A DNA stretch of 64,000 nucleotides from Nitrospirota bacterium (GTDB taxonomy: Bacteria; Nitrospirota; Thermodesulfovibrionia; Thermodesulfovibrionales; Dissulfurispiraceae): positions 224,001 to 288,000 of the forward strand of contig CAWBMP010000005.1 in the NCBI GenBank assembly GCA_963790025.1. The letters run 5' to 3'. Shown here piece after piece: positions 41,746 through 50,743 of this stretch (positions are counted from its first letter, which is position 1; the number at the start of each line of letters is the position of its first letter). Under the pieces are notes generated by a model, which did no database searches, was not told the origin of the DNA, and was given only the letters and a program-made list of their open reading frames with translations. The position numbers were made by a program, and so were the translations under genes.

Positions 41746-41750
41746 CATTA

Positions 41751-41942
41751 TTACATCCCTTTATCTTGACCCTTTTCAGTAAAGAAATGCATAAGAAATT
41801 CCGCGTCTTTCGGCGGCAAATCAAACTTCAGGCAAGCCTTCTCAATCAACTTGAGCAGGGTAGCTCCTGGATTATCAATACGCTGATCCGAAATCCACTT
41901 GATTGCCCTTCTAAGTGGTTCCCCCTCAGGAAGAATGCTCAT
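41751..41942 (-). CDS. Small hypothetical protein, 63 aa
   Basis: MSILPEGEPLRRAIKWIS...KFDLPPKDAEFL; helical and protein-like. Confidence 0.7.
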   Translation of the reverse strand: MSILPEGEPLRRAIKWISDQRIDNPGATLLKLIEKACLKFDLPPKDAEFLMHFFTEKGQDKGM

Positions 41943-42013
41943 AACGTTTCCCACCCCCAAAAAACTTTATTGATTATCCACATGATTATATCATGATCTA
42001 ACGGTATCGGGTA

Positions 42014-42079
42014 AAGCCCGGCAGCGGGTCAGTCTGTTTTTCCTCTGGATCACAAACAAACTGACCCACTGCCGGGCTT
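42014..42079. repeat. 66-bp REP-like hairpin
   Basis: AAGCCCGGCAGCGGGTCAGTCTGTTT / AAACAAACTGACCCACTGCCGGGCTT, 26-bp arms with 2 mismatches. Confidence 0.75.
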
Positions 42080-42107
42080 GACAGTGAACAATCGTTCACC
42101 TTATAAT
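42078..42107 (+). promoter_or_regulatory. Consensus sigma70 promoter enclosing a GAAC-N4-GTTC SOS box
   Basis: TTGACA (42078), 18 bp, TATAAT (42102); GTGAACAATCGTTCAC at 42084-42099. Confidence 0.85.
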
Positions 42108-42113
42108 GCAGAT

Positions 42114-42707
42114 ATGCCGGGAAATGCAGAGGAAGACAAGGTGCGGGGCAGGATCAGAGATATAGCTGTTTTCTTGGACAAAAACGGCAGGATGCCGAGT
42201 TTCTCTGAAATCGGGGTGATAGTAGGGCTGCGCTCAAAAAACGCGGTTTTTAAACTTGTGAACACGCTGGAACAAAAGGGAGTGATAAAAAGAGATCCCA
42301 AAGGGCGTCTCATACCACGCTCTATTGGTGAGCCGGTAAGGGTACTCGGCACGGTGGAAGCAGGGTTCCCGAGTCCTGCCGAAGAGGAGCTTGCAGATAC
42401 CCTGTCGCTCGATGCACTCCTGATACAAAACCCCCAGGCCACTTTTCTGCTCAAGGTATCCGGAGACTCCATGTCCGGGGCAGGCATACTCCCCGGCGAT
42501 ATGGTGATCGTTGATAAGGGACAGGTCCCCAGGAGTGGAGATATCGTTATTGCGGAAGTTGACGGCCAATGGACCATGAAGTATCTTAAAAAAAGGGGAG
42601 ACAACGTGAGCCTTATACCGGCAAATCCCGACTATAAACCCATAAAGCCAAAAAGTGAATTGAAAATAGCTGGTGTCGTAACAGCGGTAGTTAGAAAATA
42701 TAGGTAG
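42114..42707 (+). CDS. lexA: LexA-family repressor with UmuD-like S24 peptidase domain
   Basis: HTH PSFSEIG...SKNAV; AGFPSP cleavage site; GDSM catalytic Ser; TMKY catalytic Lys. Confidence 0.85.
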   Translation: MPGNAEEDKVRGRIRDIAVFLDKNGRMPSFSEIGVIVGLRSKNAVFKLVNTLEQKGVIKRDPKGRLIPRSIGEPVRVLGTVEAGFPSPAEEELADTLSLDALLIQNPQATFLLKVSGDSMSGAGILPGDMVIVDKGQVPRSGDIVIAEVDGQWTMKYLKKRGDNVSLIPANPDYKPIKPKSELKIAGVVTAVVRKYR

Positions 42708-42713
42708 ATAATG

Positions 42714-42893
42714 AGTGTAATGAGGATATGTCTCTTCCGCTCAGGCGCTGCGTCTTGACAGTTCTAACGGCTCATTCGCTACAGTCGCAAAACTCGCCTT
42801 CGGCTCAGACACTGCGACTGCTTAACGCTCATTTCGCCGAGAACTGTTACCAAGACTCCGCGATTCGCTCCAGAGACATATCCTCATTACACT
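42714..42893. mobile_element. 180-bp MITE-like fold-back element
   Basis: Perfect 22-bp TIR AGTGTAATGAGGATATGTCTCT; nested stems GTCTTG/CAAGAC, ACAGTTCT/AGAACTGT, CAGTCGCA/TGCGACTG. Confidence 0.8.
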
Positions 42894-42914
42894 GTCTGAA
42901 TTGGAGATAACGCG

Positions 42915-44231
42915 ATGAACCCTATAACAATACGTTCATGGCCGAGGGCAATTCTTCATCTGGATGCCGATGCTTTTTTTGCATCCTGTGAGCAGGCGAT
43001 ACATCCTGAACTTAAGGGAATGCCTGTAATCACCGGCAAAGAGCGCGGCATCGTTGCCGCAGCAAGTTACGAAGCAAAAAAGCGGGGAGTAACAAGAGCG
43101 ATGAGGCTCTTCGAGGTCAAGAAAGTCTGCCCTGATGCCGTTATCCTTCCAAGTGATTATGAGACCTACAGCCTGTTTTCTCTCAGGATGTTCGAAATAC
43201 TCAGACGCTTTTCTCCTGATGTCGAGGAATACTCAATAGACGAAGCATTTGTTGACCTTACGGGTCTCAGGAGGAGCTTTCATGGCCCTTATGAAATGAT
43301 TGCAAAACGGATGCAGGAGACTATCGAGACGGAACTGGGTATTACCGTATCGATCGGCGTAAGTCTCTCAAAGGTCCTGGCAAAGATAGGTTCGAAGCAC
43401 ATGAAACCCCACGGGTTGACCATGATACCGGGCAGGGATATCCACCTTTATCTATCCAAACTGCCGGTAGGAAGCGTATGGGGAATAGGGCCTAATACTG
43501 CGGCTTTCCTGGGGAAGTTTGGAATAATCACTGCCCTTCAGTTTGCGCGGGAGGACGAACAGTTCATTAAAAAGCACCTCTCCAAACCGTATCAGGAAAT
43601 ATGGCATGAACTCAATGGAAGAAGCGTTTATCCTGTTACCCCAGAATCAAAGCGCAGCTATCAATCCATAAGCAAGACAAAGACCTTCACCCCGCCTTCC
43701 TGCGACAAGACTTTTATCTTTGCCCAACTGTCAAAAAACCTGGAGAATGCCTGCATCAAGGCCAGACGTTACAAGTTGGCGGCGACGAGACTCATTATCT
43801 TTCTCAGGACACAGGAATTCAGGGACACCGGTATTGAAATGAAGTTGAGTTGCCCTTCAGCCTACCCATCCGACCTCTTCGGTTTATTAAAAGATGGATT
43901 TAACCATATCTACCGGTCAGGCAATTCTTGTAGTCCCTACCGGCAGACAGGCGTTGTCCTTGCCGGACTTGTCCGTGATGACAGCATACAGCACACGCTA
44001 TTCGATGATCCTGCAAGGATCGAGAAGATGGCCAGGATTTACAGCGCGGTCGATCAACTTTCTGAAAAGTTCGGGAAGTACACCGTCCATCATGCAGCAA
44101 GCCTGCCGACGAAACTGCAGGCACAGCATGAGGGACAACGGGGTGATGTGCCGCATAGGGCAATGGAACTGTTCAAGGGAGAAAACAAAAGGCAGAGGCT
44201 CGGGTTGCCGGTGCTGAACATAAAAGTTTGA
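42915..44231 (+). CDS. dinB: Y-family DNA polymerase (DinB/UmuC)
   Basis: HLDADAFFASCE, AASYEAK, YSIDEAF, LAKIGS...KP, VWGIG. Confidence 0.92.
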   Translation: MNPITIRSWPRAILHLDADAFFASCEQAIHPELKGMPVITGKERGIVAAASYEAKKRGVTRAMRLFEVKKVCPDAVILPSDYETYSLFSLRMFEILRRFSPDVEEYSIDEAFVDLTGLRRSFHGPYEMIAKRMQETIETELGITVSIGVSLSKVLAKIGSKHMKPHGLTMIPGRDIHLYLSKLPVGSVWGIGPNTAAFLGKFGIITALQFAREDEQFIKKHLSKPYQEIWHELNGRSVYPVTPESKRSYQSISKTKTFTPPSCDKTFIFAQLSKNLENACIKARRYKLAATRLIIFLRTQEFRDTGIEMKLSCPSAYPSDLFGLLKDGFNHIYRSGNSCSPYRQTGVVLAGLVRDDSIQHTLFDDPARIEKMARIYSAVDQLSEKFGKYTVHHAASLPTKLQAQHEGQRGDVPHRAMELFKGENKRQRLGLPVLNIKV

Positions 44232-44304
44232 CATCTCCATCAGGCTGAGTGTCAGTTTGGGCCGAGATATGGTAACATAAACGCCATATCGGAAATGCCT
44301 AAGG

Positions 44305-46173
44305 ATGAGTAATAAACATAAGGATAAGCTTAGTGTTTTAGTTATCGGATCGCTCGGGGTTGTTTTCGGCGACCTTGGTACAAGCCCCTTATACACGTTG
44401 CGCGTCTGTTTTGGGGGTTTTTTTGCCATTGTCCCCTCTACGGAGAACGTATTAGGCATAGCCTCTCTTATTTTCTGGGCCTTGACCCTTGTCGTCAGTA
44501 TCAAATACTGCCTGTTCATTCTCCGTGCCGATGACGATGGCGAAGGCGGAATTTTTGCGATGCTGGGGCTGCTGCACAGCAAGATGGGGGCCAAGCTGAA
44601 TCGGAACATGATTTTATTTGCGTGTTTTGGCTCTGCACTGCTTTATGGCGATGGTCTTATCACCCCTGTCATATCCGTACTTTCTGCCCTGGAAGGACTG
44701 GAAGTGGCGACAACAAGGGCCAGGCCCCTGATTCTGCCCATGACCTGTTTCGTACTCTATTGGCTTTTCTTTCTGCAGCGCCATGGCACAGGACGTATCG
44801 GCAAATACTTCGGTCCGATCATTTGCTTATGGTTTGTCTCTATCGCTGCACTGGGAATCAACGCGATCATTGCCAGACCGGAGGTTCTTTCCGCGGTTAA
44901 TCCCGCTTACGCGGTCAGTTTTATGGTCAGAAATGGATGGCACGGATTTGTGGTCCTTGGAGCAGTGGTCCTGTGCATCACCGGCTGCGAAGCCCTGTAT
45001 CTCGACATGGGCCATTTTGGGAGAAAGGCTATTCGTATCTCATGGTATGGATTGGCACTGCCCGCCCTGTTATGTAATTATTTCGGCCAGGCCGCGCTGG
45101 TCCTTGCTGATCCGAGACAGATCGCAGACCCCTTTTATGGGTTGGTACCCGGCGCTTTGCTCTACCCGATGGTGGGTTTGGCCACGGCTGCTACGATCAT
45201 CGCTTCTCAGGCCATCGTTTCGGGTGTTTTTTCCATGACCAGGCAGGCCATGCAGTTAGGCTACATACCGCGCATGCGTGTCCTGCACACCTCTGAGATG
45301 GCCGAAGGCCAGATTTATATCCCTGTGGTGAATTTCATGATGCTCTGTGCTGCGATTTCGTTGGCCGTGGGATTTAAACAGTCAGAGAACCTGGCCGATG
45401 CTTATGGCATAGCTGTCACCGGTAACATGTTTATAACGTCCGCGCTCTTTTTTATTATCAGCAGGAAAATATGGGGGTGGAGTCTATGGAAAGCCTTGCC
45501 GCTCGTTTCGGTCTTTTGGGTGCTTGACGGTTCTTTCCTGAGCTCATGCCTGCTTAAGTTCCTGACCGGCGGCTGGTTCCCGGTGGGGACCGCACTTTGC
45601 ATAATGCTCCTGATGATAACGTGGCGGGATGGCTGGGACATTCTCGCGGAAAAGATATATGCCAAGCAGATGCGTATGGACAGTTTCGTGCAGATTGTCT
45701 CCGCTACCAAGCCTCTGCGTCTGCCAGGCACGGCCGTGTTTCTCTCCACATTTCAGACCGAAGTGCCGCCAATGCTCCAGTATCATCTGAACCATATAGG
45801 GGCCTTGCACGAGAAAGTCCTGATTCTGTCCATACTCACAATTGAGGTCCCCGAGGTCCCCGATGGGAAAAAGCTGGACATTCGAAATCTCGGTGAAGGC
45901 ATATACCGCGTGACTGCCCATACAGGATTCATGGAGACGCCTAACGTGCCTGATTTACTGGCCCTTGCCAGGTTCCATATCTGGGATATGGACCCGGCCA
46001 GCACCGTATATTATCTTGGAAAGATTTCACTGGTCCCCGGCAAACAAAAGGTCATGGACCCTGTCCGCAGGTTTTTATTCTTCTTTATGCAGCGCAATGC
46101 GCTGAGTCCGGTCGTGTACTACAGTATCCCGCCGGACCGGGTCCTGGAACTGGGCGTGCAGCTCGACTTTTAA
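44305..46173 (+). CDS. kup: KUP/HAK/KT potassium uptake transporter
   Basis: GVVFGDLGTSPLY, DGEGGIFA, GDGLITP, TGCEALYLDMGHFG, GQIYIP. Confidence 0.95.
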   Translation: MSNKHKDKLSVLVIGSLGVVFGDLGTSPLYTLRVCFGGFFAIVPSTENVLGIASLIFWALTLVVSIKYCLFILRADDDGEGGIFAMLGLLHSKMGAKLNRNMILFACFGSALLYGDGLITPVISVLSALEGLEVATTRARPLILPMTCFVLYWLFFLQRHGTGRIGKYFGPIICLWFVSIAALGINAIIARPEVLSAVNPAYAVSFMVRNGWHGFVVLGAVVLCITGCEALYLDMGHFGRKAIRISWYGLALPALLCNYFGQAALVLADPRQIADPFYGLVPGALLYPMVGLATAATIIASQAIVSGVFSMTRQAMQLGYIPRMRVLHTSEMAEGQIYIPVVNFMMLCAAISLAVGFKQSENLADAYGIAVTGNMFITSALFFIISRKIWGWSLWKALPLVSVFWVLDGSFLSSCLLKFLTGGWFPVGTALCIMLLMITWRDGWDILAEKIYAKQMRMDSFVQIVSATKPLRLPGTAVFLSTFQTEVPPMLQYHLNHIGALHEKVLILSILTIEVPEVPDGKKLDIRNLGEGIYRVTAHTGFMETPNVPDLLALARFHIWDMDPASTVYYLGKISLVPGKQKVMDPVRRFLFFFMQRNALSPVVYYSIPPDRVLELGVQLDF

Positions 46174-46183
46174 TAAACGCTTA

Positions 46184-48784
46184 TTACAGTGTGTAATTAC
46201 TTTCCAGGAAACGGCCGGCATAATACTTGACCTTGGCATCATCGTGCAGGATCGCATCGAGTTGCCTTGTATAAGAAATCAACCGGCCCAGCTTGTCAAG
46301 TTTATTTTCCTGCTCAGAACGTTCTATATTGGCGAGCCTTCCAATAATCAGATCTCCCTTCGTTTTTATATTAAAACCGTACTCTTTCAAAATAATAGAA
46401 ATAAGCTCTATCCTCCTGGACCTTTTTACGATTTCGGTAGCTCCTCCGGCAAACCGGAAGTATATATGATTGTTTCTTGCCTTTTCGCTGCAATAGCAAT
46501 CTATTGTGCTGAAATGATATCCGAACTTGAGATTCATGTTGAGGTATTCCTGGGAGATAACGGCAATATTGCTTCCTGGATACCTGGCGTTACCTGAAGC
46601 AATATCAGGCATTCGCATCATGCTTGCCATAAAATCGTTTGCCGTCAAAGCAACCGGTGATGATTGCCATGCCCCCGGGTACATCATCCCCTGTAGAATA
46701 GCTTTAAAGGGAATTGAAACAACCTGTTCGAAAGTAACGCTTTCGCTCCTGTCATAGTGACCCGCGCTGCTATCCAACCCTCCGCCGATATCCACTACGA
46801 TTATTCCGGCAGGTATAGGCAGGTCCAATTTCCTTGCCGCTTGTCCTTTGAGTCCCCGCACGGCATTGTCTATGAGTTCCATCACTGCTTTCTCATGTAT
46901 GAACCTCAGGATATCATGCATGGTCTTACACCCTTCAGGCGCAAACTTTTCCATTAACGGGTCAATGAGATTAAGAGGAGTTATATACCTCAGCACATAT
47001 CTTTTCTTGCGAAATTCAAAGATATTTCCCATTGCCGGTTGGCCGGAGCGCGCGTATTCAACCATTTCGCGCAGTATCCCGTCATATACAGTCATACCAT
47101 CTTCATCATCAATAATTACCGTAACCTCTTGTCCGTGCCTAAGCAGCTGTGTTGCGTTTCCAGAATTAACAAAAGCCGGGACCATGAATTCACGACAAAG
47201 GGAAGACATGTGGCTTGTAAGCGACCCCGTATCGGTAATAATTGCGGACGCATAAGGCATGATCCGTATAAAATCAGAGGAATCATTTTTTGCCACAAGG
47301 ATGTCGCCCTTTAAAAAGCCCTCGATTCCTTCCTTGTGTTTAAATATAAAAACCCTGCCGGCGCCCACACCTTTTTGAACAACCTGACTACGCGCTTTCA
47401 TCAGGATTCCGGCCCTTTCTTCCGGCCATTCCGGAGAAAGGGCCGGTGCAGGGGTCTTGTCAACAGATGCAATATTTAATGGCCTCGCCTGAAGTATAAA
47501 TATTTTCCCTTCCCTGTCAATGGCCCATTCAATATCCTGAGGTTGCCGGAAATAGTTTTCAATTTCCGAGGCCTGTCTCGCAAGTTCCGATACCTGTTCC
47601 GAAGATAATGAACTTTCATCAACCATCCCGGCAGGGACCCCCGTTATGGTTGTACCACCCTGGTTGCCGCCCACGACCATCGAGGTCTTTTTACCCGGTC
47701 TTTTATCTATTATTTCAGGGAACAAACCTTTTCTTACAACGTAAAAGTCCGCATCTGTCCGGCCTTCAACTACTGACGTGCCCAGTCCCCATGTTGAATT
47801 TACAATGATCGTACCTTCATCCCCATTCGGGTTCGTCGAATAAATAACCCCGCTCACAGCCGCATCGACCATGACCATGCAACCAACCGCCATCTTTATG
47901 CTTCCTATCTCACTTCCCAGTTGCTGAAGATATGCAGCGGCTTTATCCGAAAACAGGCTTGCGATGACGCGCTTATACGCGTCCTGTACTGCACTGCCGT
48001 CCAAAGGCACATTCAGGACAGTTTCAAACTGTCCGGCAAACGAAAATTCGCCGTCCTCCAGCTGACCGCTGCTCCTGACAGCAAGAAAACATGTATTTCC
48101 GTGGGTCGCCCTGAGCACTGACAGGGCACTATCAAGAACGTGTTCAAGGACAGGCGGAAAACTGCCGTTAATGATCGAAGTGTATATTTCATTTAATAAC
48201 GGCGCAGGCGTGTCGCTTCCGCCCAATGCCGAAATCTTTTTGTCGATGCCATTATGCCTTATAAACTCATTGTAAGCGGAGCATGTTATGGCAAAGGCAT
48301 CAGGGATGTTGAGGGAAGTATTATTTTTCAGTTCAGCGAGATTGGCATTTTTGCCGCCGACCTCATGCGCCATGCTATGGGCAAGCTCACTATAAGGCAG
48401 CACCAATTCCCTTCTCAAGACTTCCTCATCGTAAACATGCAGCCTGATTTCTTTATCGATGGCACTCAATACATTTTTGAGATGAGGATACTTATTCTGT
48501 GTGAGGGCATTGAAGCTTGAGAGAGAATCCGAGAGCTTATCATACAGCAAGGAGTAGGTGTCCCTTATATAAATCACATCGAATATGTAGTCGCCCCCGA
48601 GTTTGTCGCCCATATCAGCGATAATCTCAATCGCCTTATTATGGGATTCGAGGACCTGCCGGAAACGGTCGAACATGACCTTGAACGGGATAGGGCGGGC
48701 GGGGAATAGTTTCCGTAGTGAATCTGTAAATGAGTGTATTAGCGAATGAGTTAACTTCAGGTCAGCGTTTTGTTTCTCACTCAT
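46184..48784 (-). CDS. PEP-synthase/PPDK-like protein (ATP-grasp plus phospho-His domain, non-canonical C-terminus)
   Basis: VGGKNANL, AVRSS...ED..SFAGQF, PQDIEWA, LQARP, GSLTSHM; no pyruvate-binding barrel recognised. Confidence 0.85.
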   Translation of the reverse strand: MSEKQNADLKLTHSLIHSFTDSLRKLFPARPIPFKVMFDRFRQVLESHNKAIEIIADMGDKLGGDYIFDVIYIRDTYSLLYDKLSDSLSSFNALTQNKYPHLKNVLSAIDKEIRLHVYDEEVLRRELVLPYSELAHSMAHEVGGKNANLAELKNNTSLNIPDAFAITCSAYNEFIRHNGIDKKISALGGSDTPAPLLNEIYTSIINGSFPPVLEHVLDSALSVLRATHGNTCFLAVRSSGQLEDGEFSFAGQFETVLNVPLDGSAVQDAYKRVIASLFSDKAAAYLQQLGSEIGSIKMAVGCMVMVDAAVSGVIYSTNPNGDEGTIIVNSTWGLGTSVVEGRTDADFYVVRKGLFPEIIDKRPGKKTSMVVGGNQGGTTITGVPAGMVDESSLSSEQVSELARQASEIENYFRQPQDIEWAIDREGKIFILQARPLNIASVDKTPAPALSPEWPEERAGILMKARSQVVQKGVGAGRVFIFKHKEGIEGFLKGDILVAKNDSSDFIRIMPYASAIITDTGSLTSHMSSLCREFMVPAFVNSGNATQLLRHGQEVTVIIDDEDGMTVYDGILREMVEYARSGQPAMGNIFEFRKKRYVLRYITPLNLIDPLMEKFAPEGCKTMHDILRFIHEKAVMELIDNAVRGLKGQAARKLDLPIPAGIIVVDIGGGLDSSAGHYDRSESVTFEQVVSIPFKAILQGMMYPGAWQSSPVALTANDFMASMMRMPDIASGNARYPGSNIAVISQEYLNMNLKFGYHFSTIDCYCSEKARNNHIYFRFAGGATEIVKRSRRIELISIILKEYGFNIKTKGDLIIGRLANIERSEQENKLDKLGRLISYTRQLDAILHDDAKVKYYAGRFLESNYTL

Positions 48785-48840
48785 TTACCCGTTCACCCAT
48801 TTACCCGTTCACCCATTTACCCATTCACTCATTAACTCAT
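48718..48840. repeat. Octamer-periodic inverted repeat overlapping the dikinase start
   Basis: About 7 tandem TTYACCCR-type units at 48777-48840 and complementary degenerate units at 48718-48756. Confidence 0.75.
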
Positions 48841-49202
48841 CAGCTCAGGGCGCGCTGTATCGATGCCTTCAGTTCTTTTATCTTTACCGGCTTTGGGAAA
48901 AAATCGTGGACGTCTCCCCTCAATGCCTCTATGGCGGTATCAAGGTTTGCAAATGCAGTAATCATTATAACCTTAATGTCAGGGTAAAGACGTTTTATGG
49001 TCCTCAGAATTTCCATACCGTCTATCCCCTTCATTTTAAAGTCGGTAACTACCACATCGAACTTCTGTTCGCCTAATCGCGCCAGTGCCGGCTCTCCATT
49101 TAAAAAAGTCTCGACTGTATAGCCTTCCTGTTCAAGAGAGAGCTTCGCCATGTCGCCAACAATTTTCTCGTCATCGATAATCATGATTCTGTGATTGCTC
49201 AT
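48840..49202 (-). CDS. Stand-alone response regulator receiver protein
   Basis: IIDDE, VTDFKM (phospho-Asp), ITAF, KP. Confidence 0.92.
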   Translation of the reverse strand: MSNHRIMIIDDEKIVGDMAKLSLEQEGYTVETFLNGEPALARLGEQKFDVVVTDFKMKGIDGMEILRTIKRLYPDIKVIMITAFANLDTAIEALRGDVHDFFPKPVKIKELKASIQRALS

Positions 49203-49270
49203 TTGGTCCTCCTCTAATGCGTCGAGCGTTGTGCTGAGAGCATCAAACGACTTTCGACGGCAGTTGGCGC

Positions 49271-50689
49271 TTAACGCTCAGCGCTCGACGCCTGACACTC
49301 TTTATGTACAGGCAATTCTATAGTAAAGGTGGTGCCTACTCCAACTTTGCTTTCCACCCTGATATCTCCCTGATGGTTCTTGATGATTCCGTAGCTGACC
49401 GAGAGCCCGAGGCCTGTTCCGCCTTCTCCTTTTGTGCTGAAAAAAGGGTCGAATATATGAAGCAGAAATTCGGAAGGTATGCCTTTTCCGGTATCCATCA
49501 CCGTAATCTCCACGGACCCTCCGGCGCTTCCGCATCTGGTCGACATAAAAAGCTTCCCGCCATCATGCATGGCCTGGACTGCATTGGTCACAAGATTTAC
49601 CAGCACCTGCTGTATCTGGTACTGATCAATAAATACATGTGGAAGGTCCTCGGCAAGGGTCAGTTTTGTCTCGATGTTTGAGATGTCGAGCATATTTTGC
49701 ACAAGTTTGAGCGTTTTTTGAACAACTTTATTGATGTCGCTCTCTTTCAGGTTCGCCTCTTTGGGTTTTGAGAAATCGAGGAGGTTTTTTATGATCTCTT
49801 TTATCCTTTCGGTTTCATTCTCCACCTTGGCCATGAATTCAATCCTCTGAGTCTCATCCAGACTATCGTAAAGTTCCATATAGGTCTGTGCTATCATGGA
49901 AATGTTATTCACCGGATTAGTCAATTCGTGTGCCACCCCGGCGGTCAGGATGCCCAGGGATGCAAGCTTTTTTGCCTGGATCAGCGCTTCTTCACGGTTC
50001 TGCAGTTCGTAAGACATGGCATTTATTGCAGCCATAACCAGACCGAATTCATCATCGGGAAGCGCACTCTCGATTCTGCTGAAATTCCCGTCGGATATCG
50101 ATTTTGCGATTTTCTCGATTTCTCTTAGTGAGACGCGAATTTGCCGCGATATAAAATGGCTCACAAAAACAGCGCCTATAAGCACCGCGCAAAAAGAGAA
50201 AATAAGTATGCTCTTCGATTTCGATATGATTTTGTTTACGCCTTCCCGCTCAAGGCGGGTAGTGGCGCTCGAAAATTCCCGCAGCCTCTGGCCTTCCGCC
50301 CTGAATTTTGCGTCAAGAGAGGTATCGCCATGAGGGTTTTTTTCCTCTTCTTCCACAAGATCGGAATAATTTTTCAGGTCTGATTTAAGCTTTGCAAAGT
50401 TCTCTGCCCCGATAGCACGGATGATATCCGGCCTCTCACTCTCCAGAAGCAGCCCGGCGCTCTCTATTTTTTCTTTAATGTCGAGAAGAAAACTTTCTTT
50501 ATGATAAAGGAAATAGTTTTTTTCGGAAAGGCGCATTTCGAGAAAAGATGCATTCAGATCGTCCGCTATCTCAACAAATCTCAGCTTCGTCAAAATGAGA
50601 TTGAGGTTCTGCAAGGCAAAAAGACCGATCCCTAAAATCAGCCCGAAAATGAATATATTGGTAAGTATGTTTTTATTTTTTATCTTCAT
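49271..50689 (-). CDS. Membrane sensor histidine kinase (two TM, HAMP, HisKA, HATPase)
   Basis: GVAHELTNP, NLVTNAVQA, DTGKGI, FDPFFSTK, GTGLGL. Confidence 0.93.
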   Translation of the reverse strand: MKIKNKNILTNIFIFGLILGIGLFALQNLNLILTKLRFVEIADDLNASFLEMRLSEKNYFLYHKESFLLDIKEKIESAGLLLESERPDIIRAIGAENFAKLKSDLKNYSDLVEEEEKNPHGDTSLDAKFRAEGQRLREFSSATTRLEREGVNKIISKSKSILIFSFCAVLIGAVFVSHFISRQIRVSLREIEKIAKSISDGNFSRIESALPDDEFGLVMAAINAMSYELQNREEALIQAKKLASLGILTAGVAHELTNPVNNISMIAQTYMELYDSLDETQRIEFMAKVENETERIKEIIKNLLDFSKPKEANLKESDINKVVQKTLKLVQNMLDISNIETKLTLAEDLPHVFIDQYQIQQVLVNLVTNAVQAMHDGGKLFMSTRCGSAGGSVEITVMDTGKGIPSEFLLHIFDPFFSTKGEGGTGLGLSVSYGIIKNHQGDIRVESKVGVGTTFTIELPVHKECQASSAER

Positions 50690-50743
50690 ATCTTCGAAAA
50701 ACCTCTATCTTTCCCTCTGCCTGTCTTATCTCTTTTACCTGTC

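Noticed and set aside
42728..42910. 60-aa ORF between lexA and dinB
   Set aside because: Lies within the fold-back element; no protein-like features
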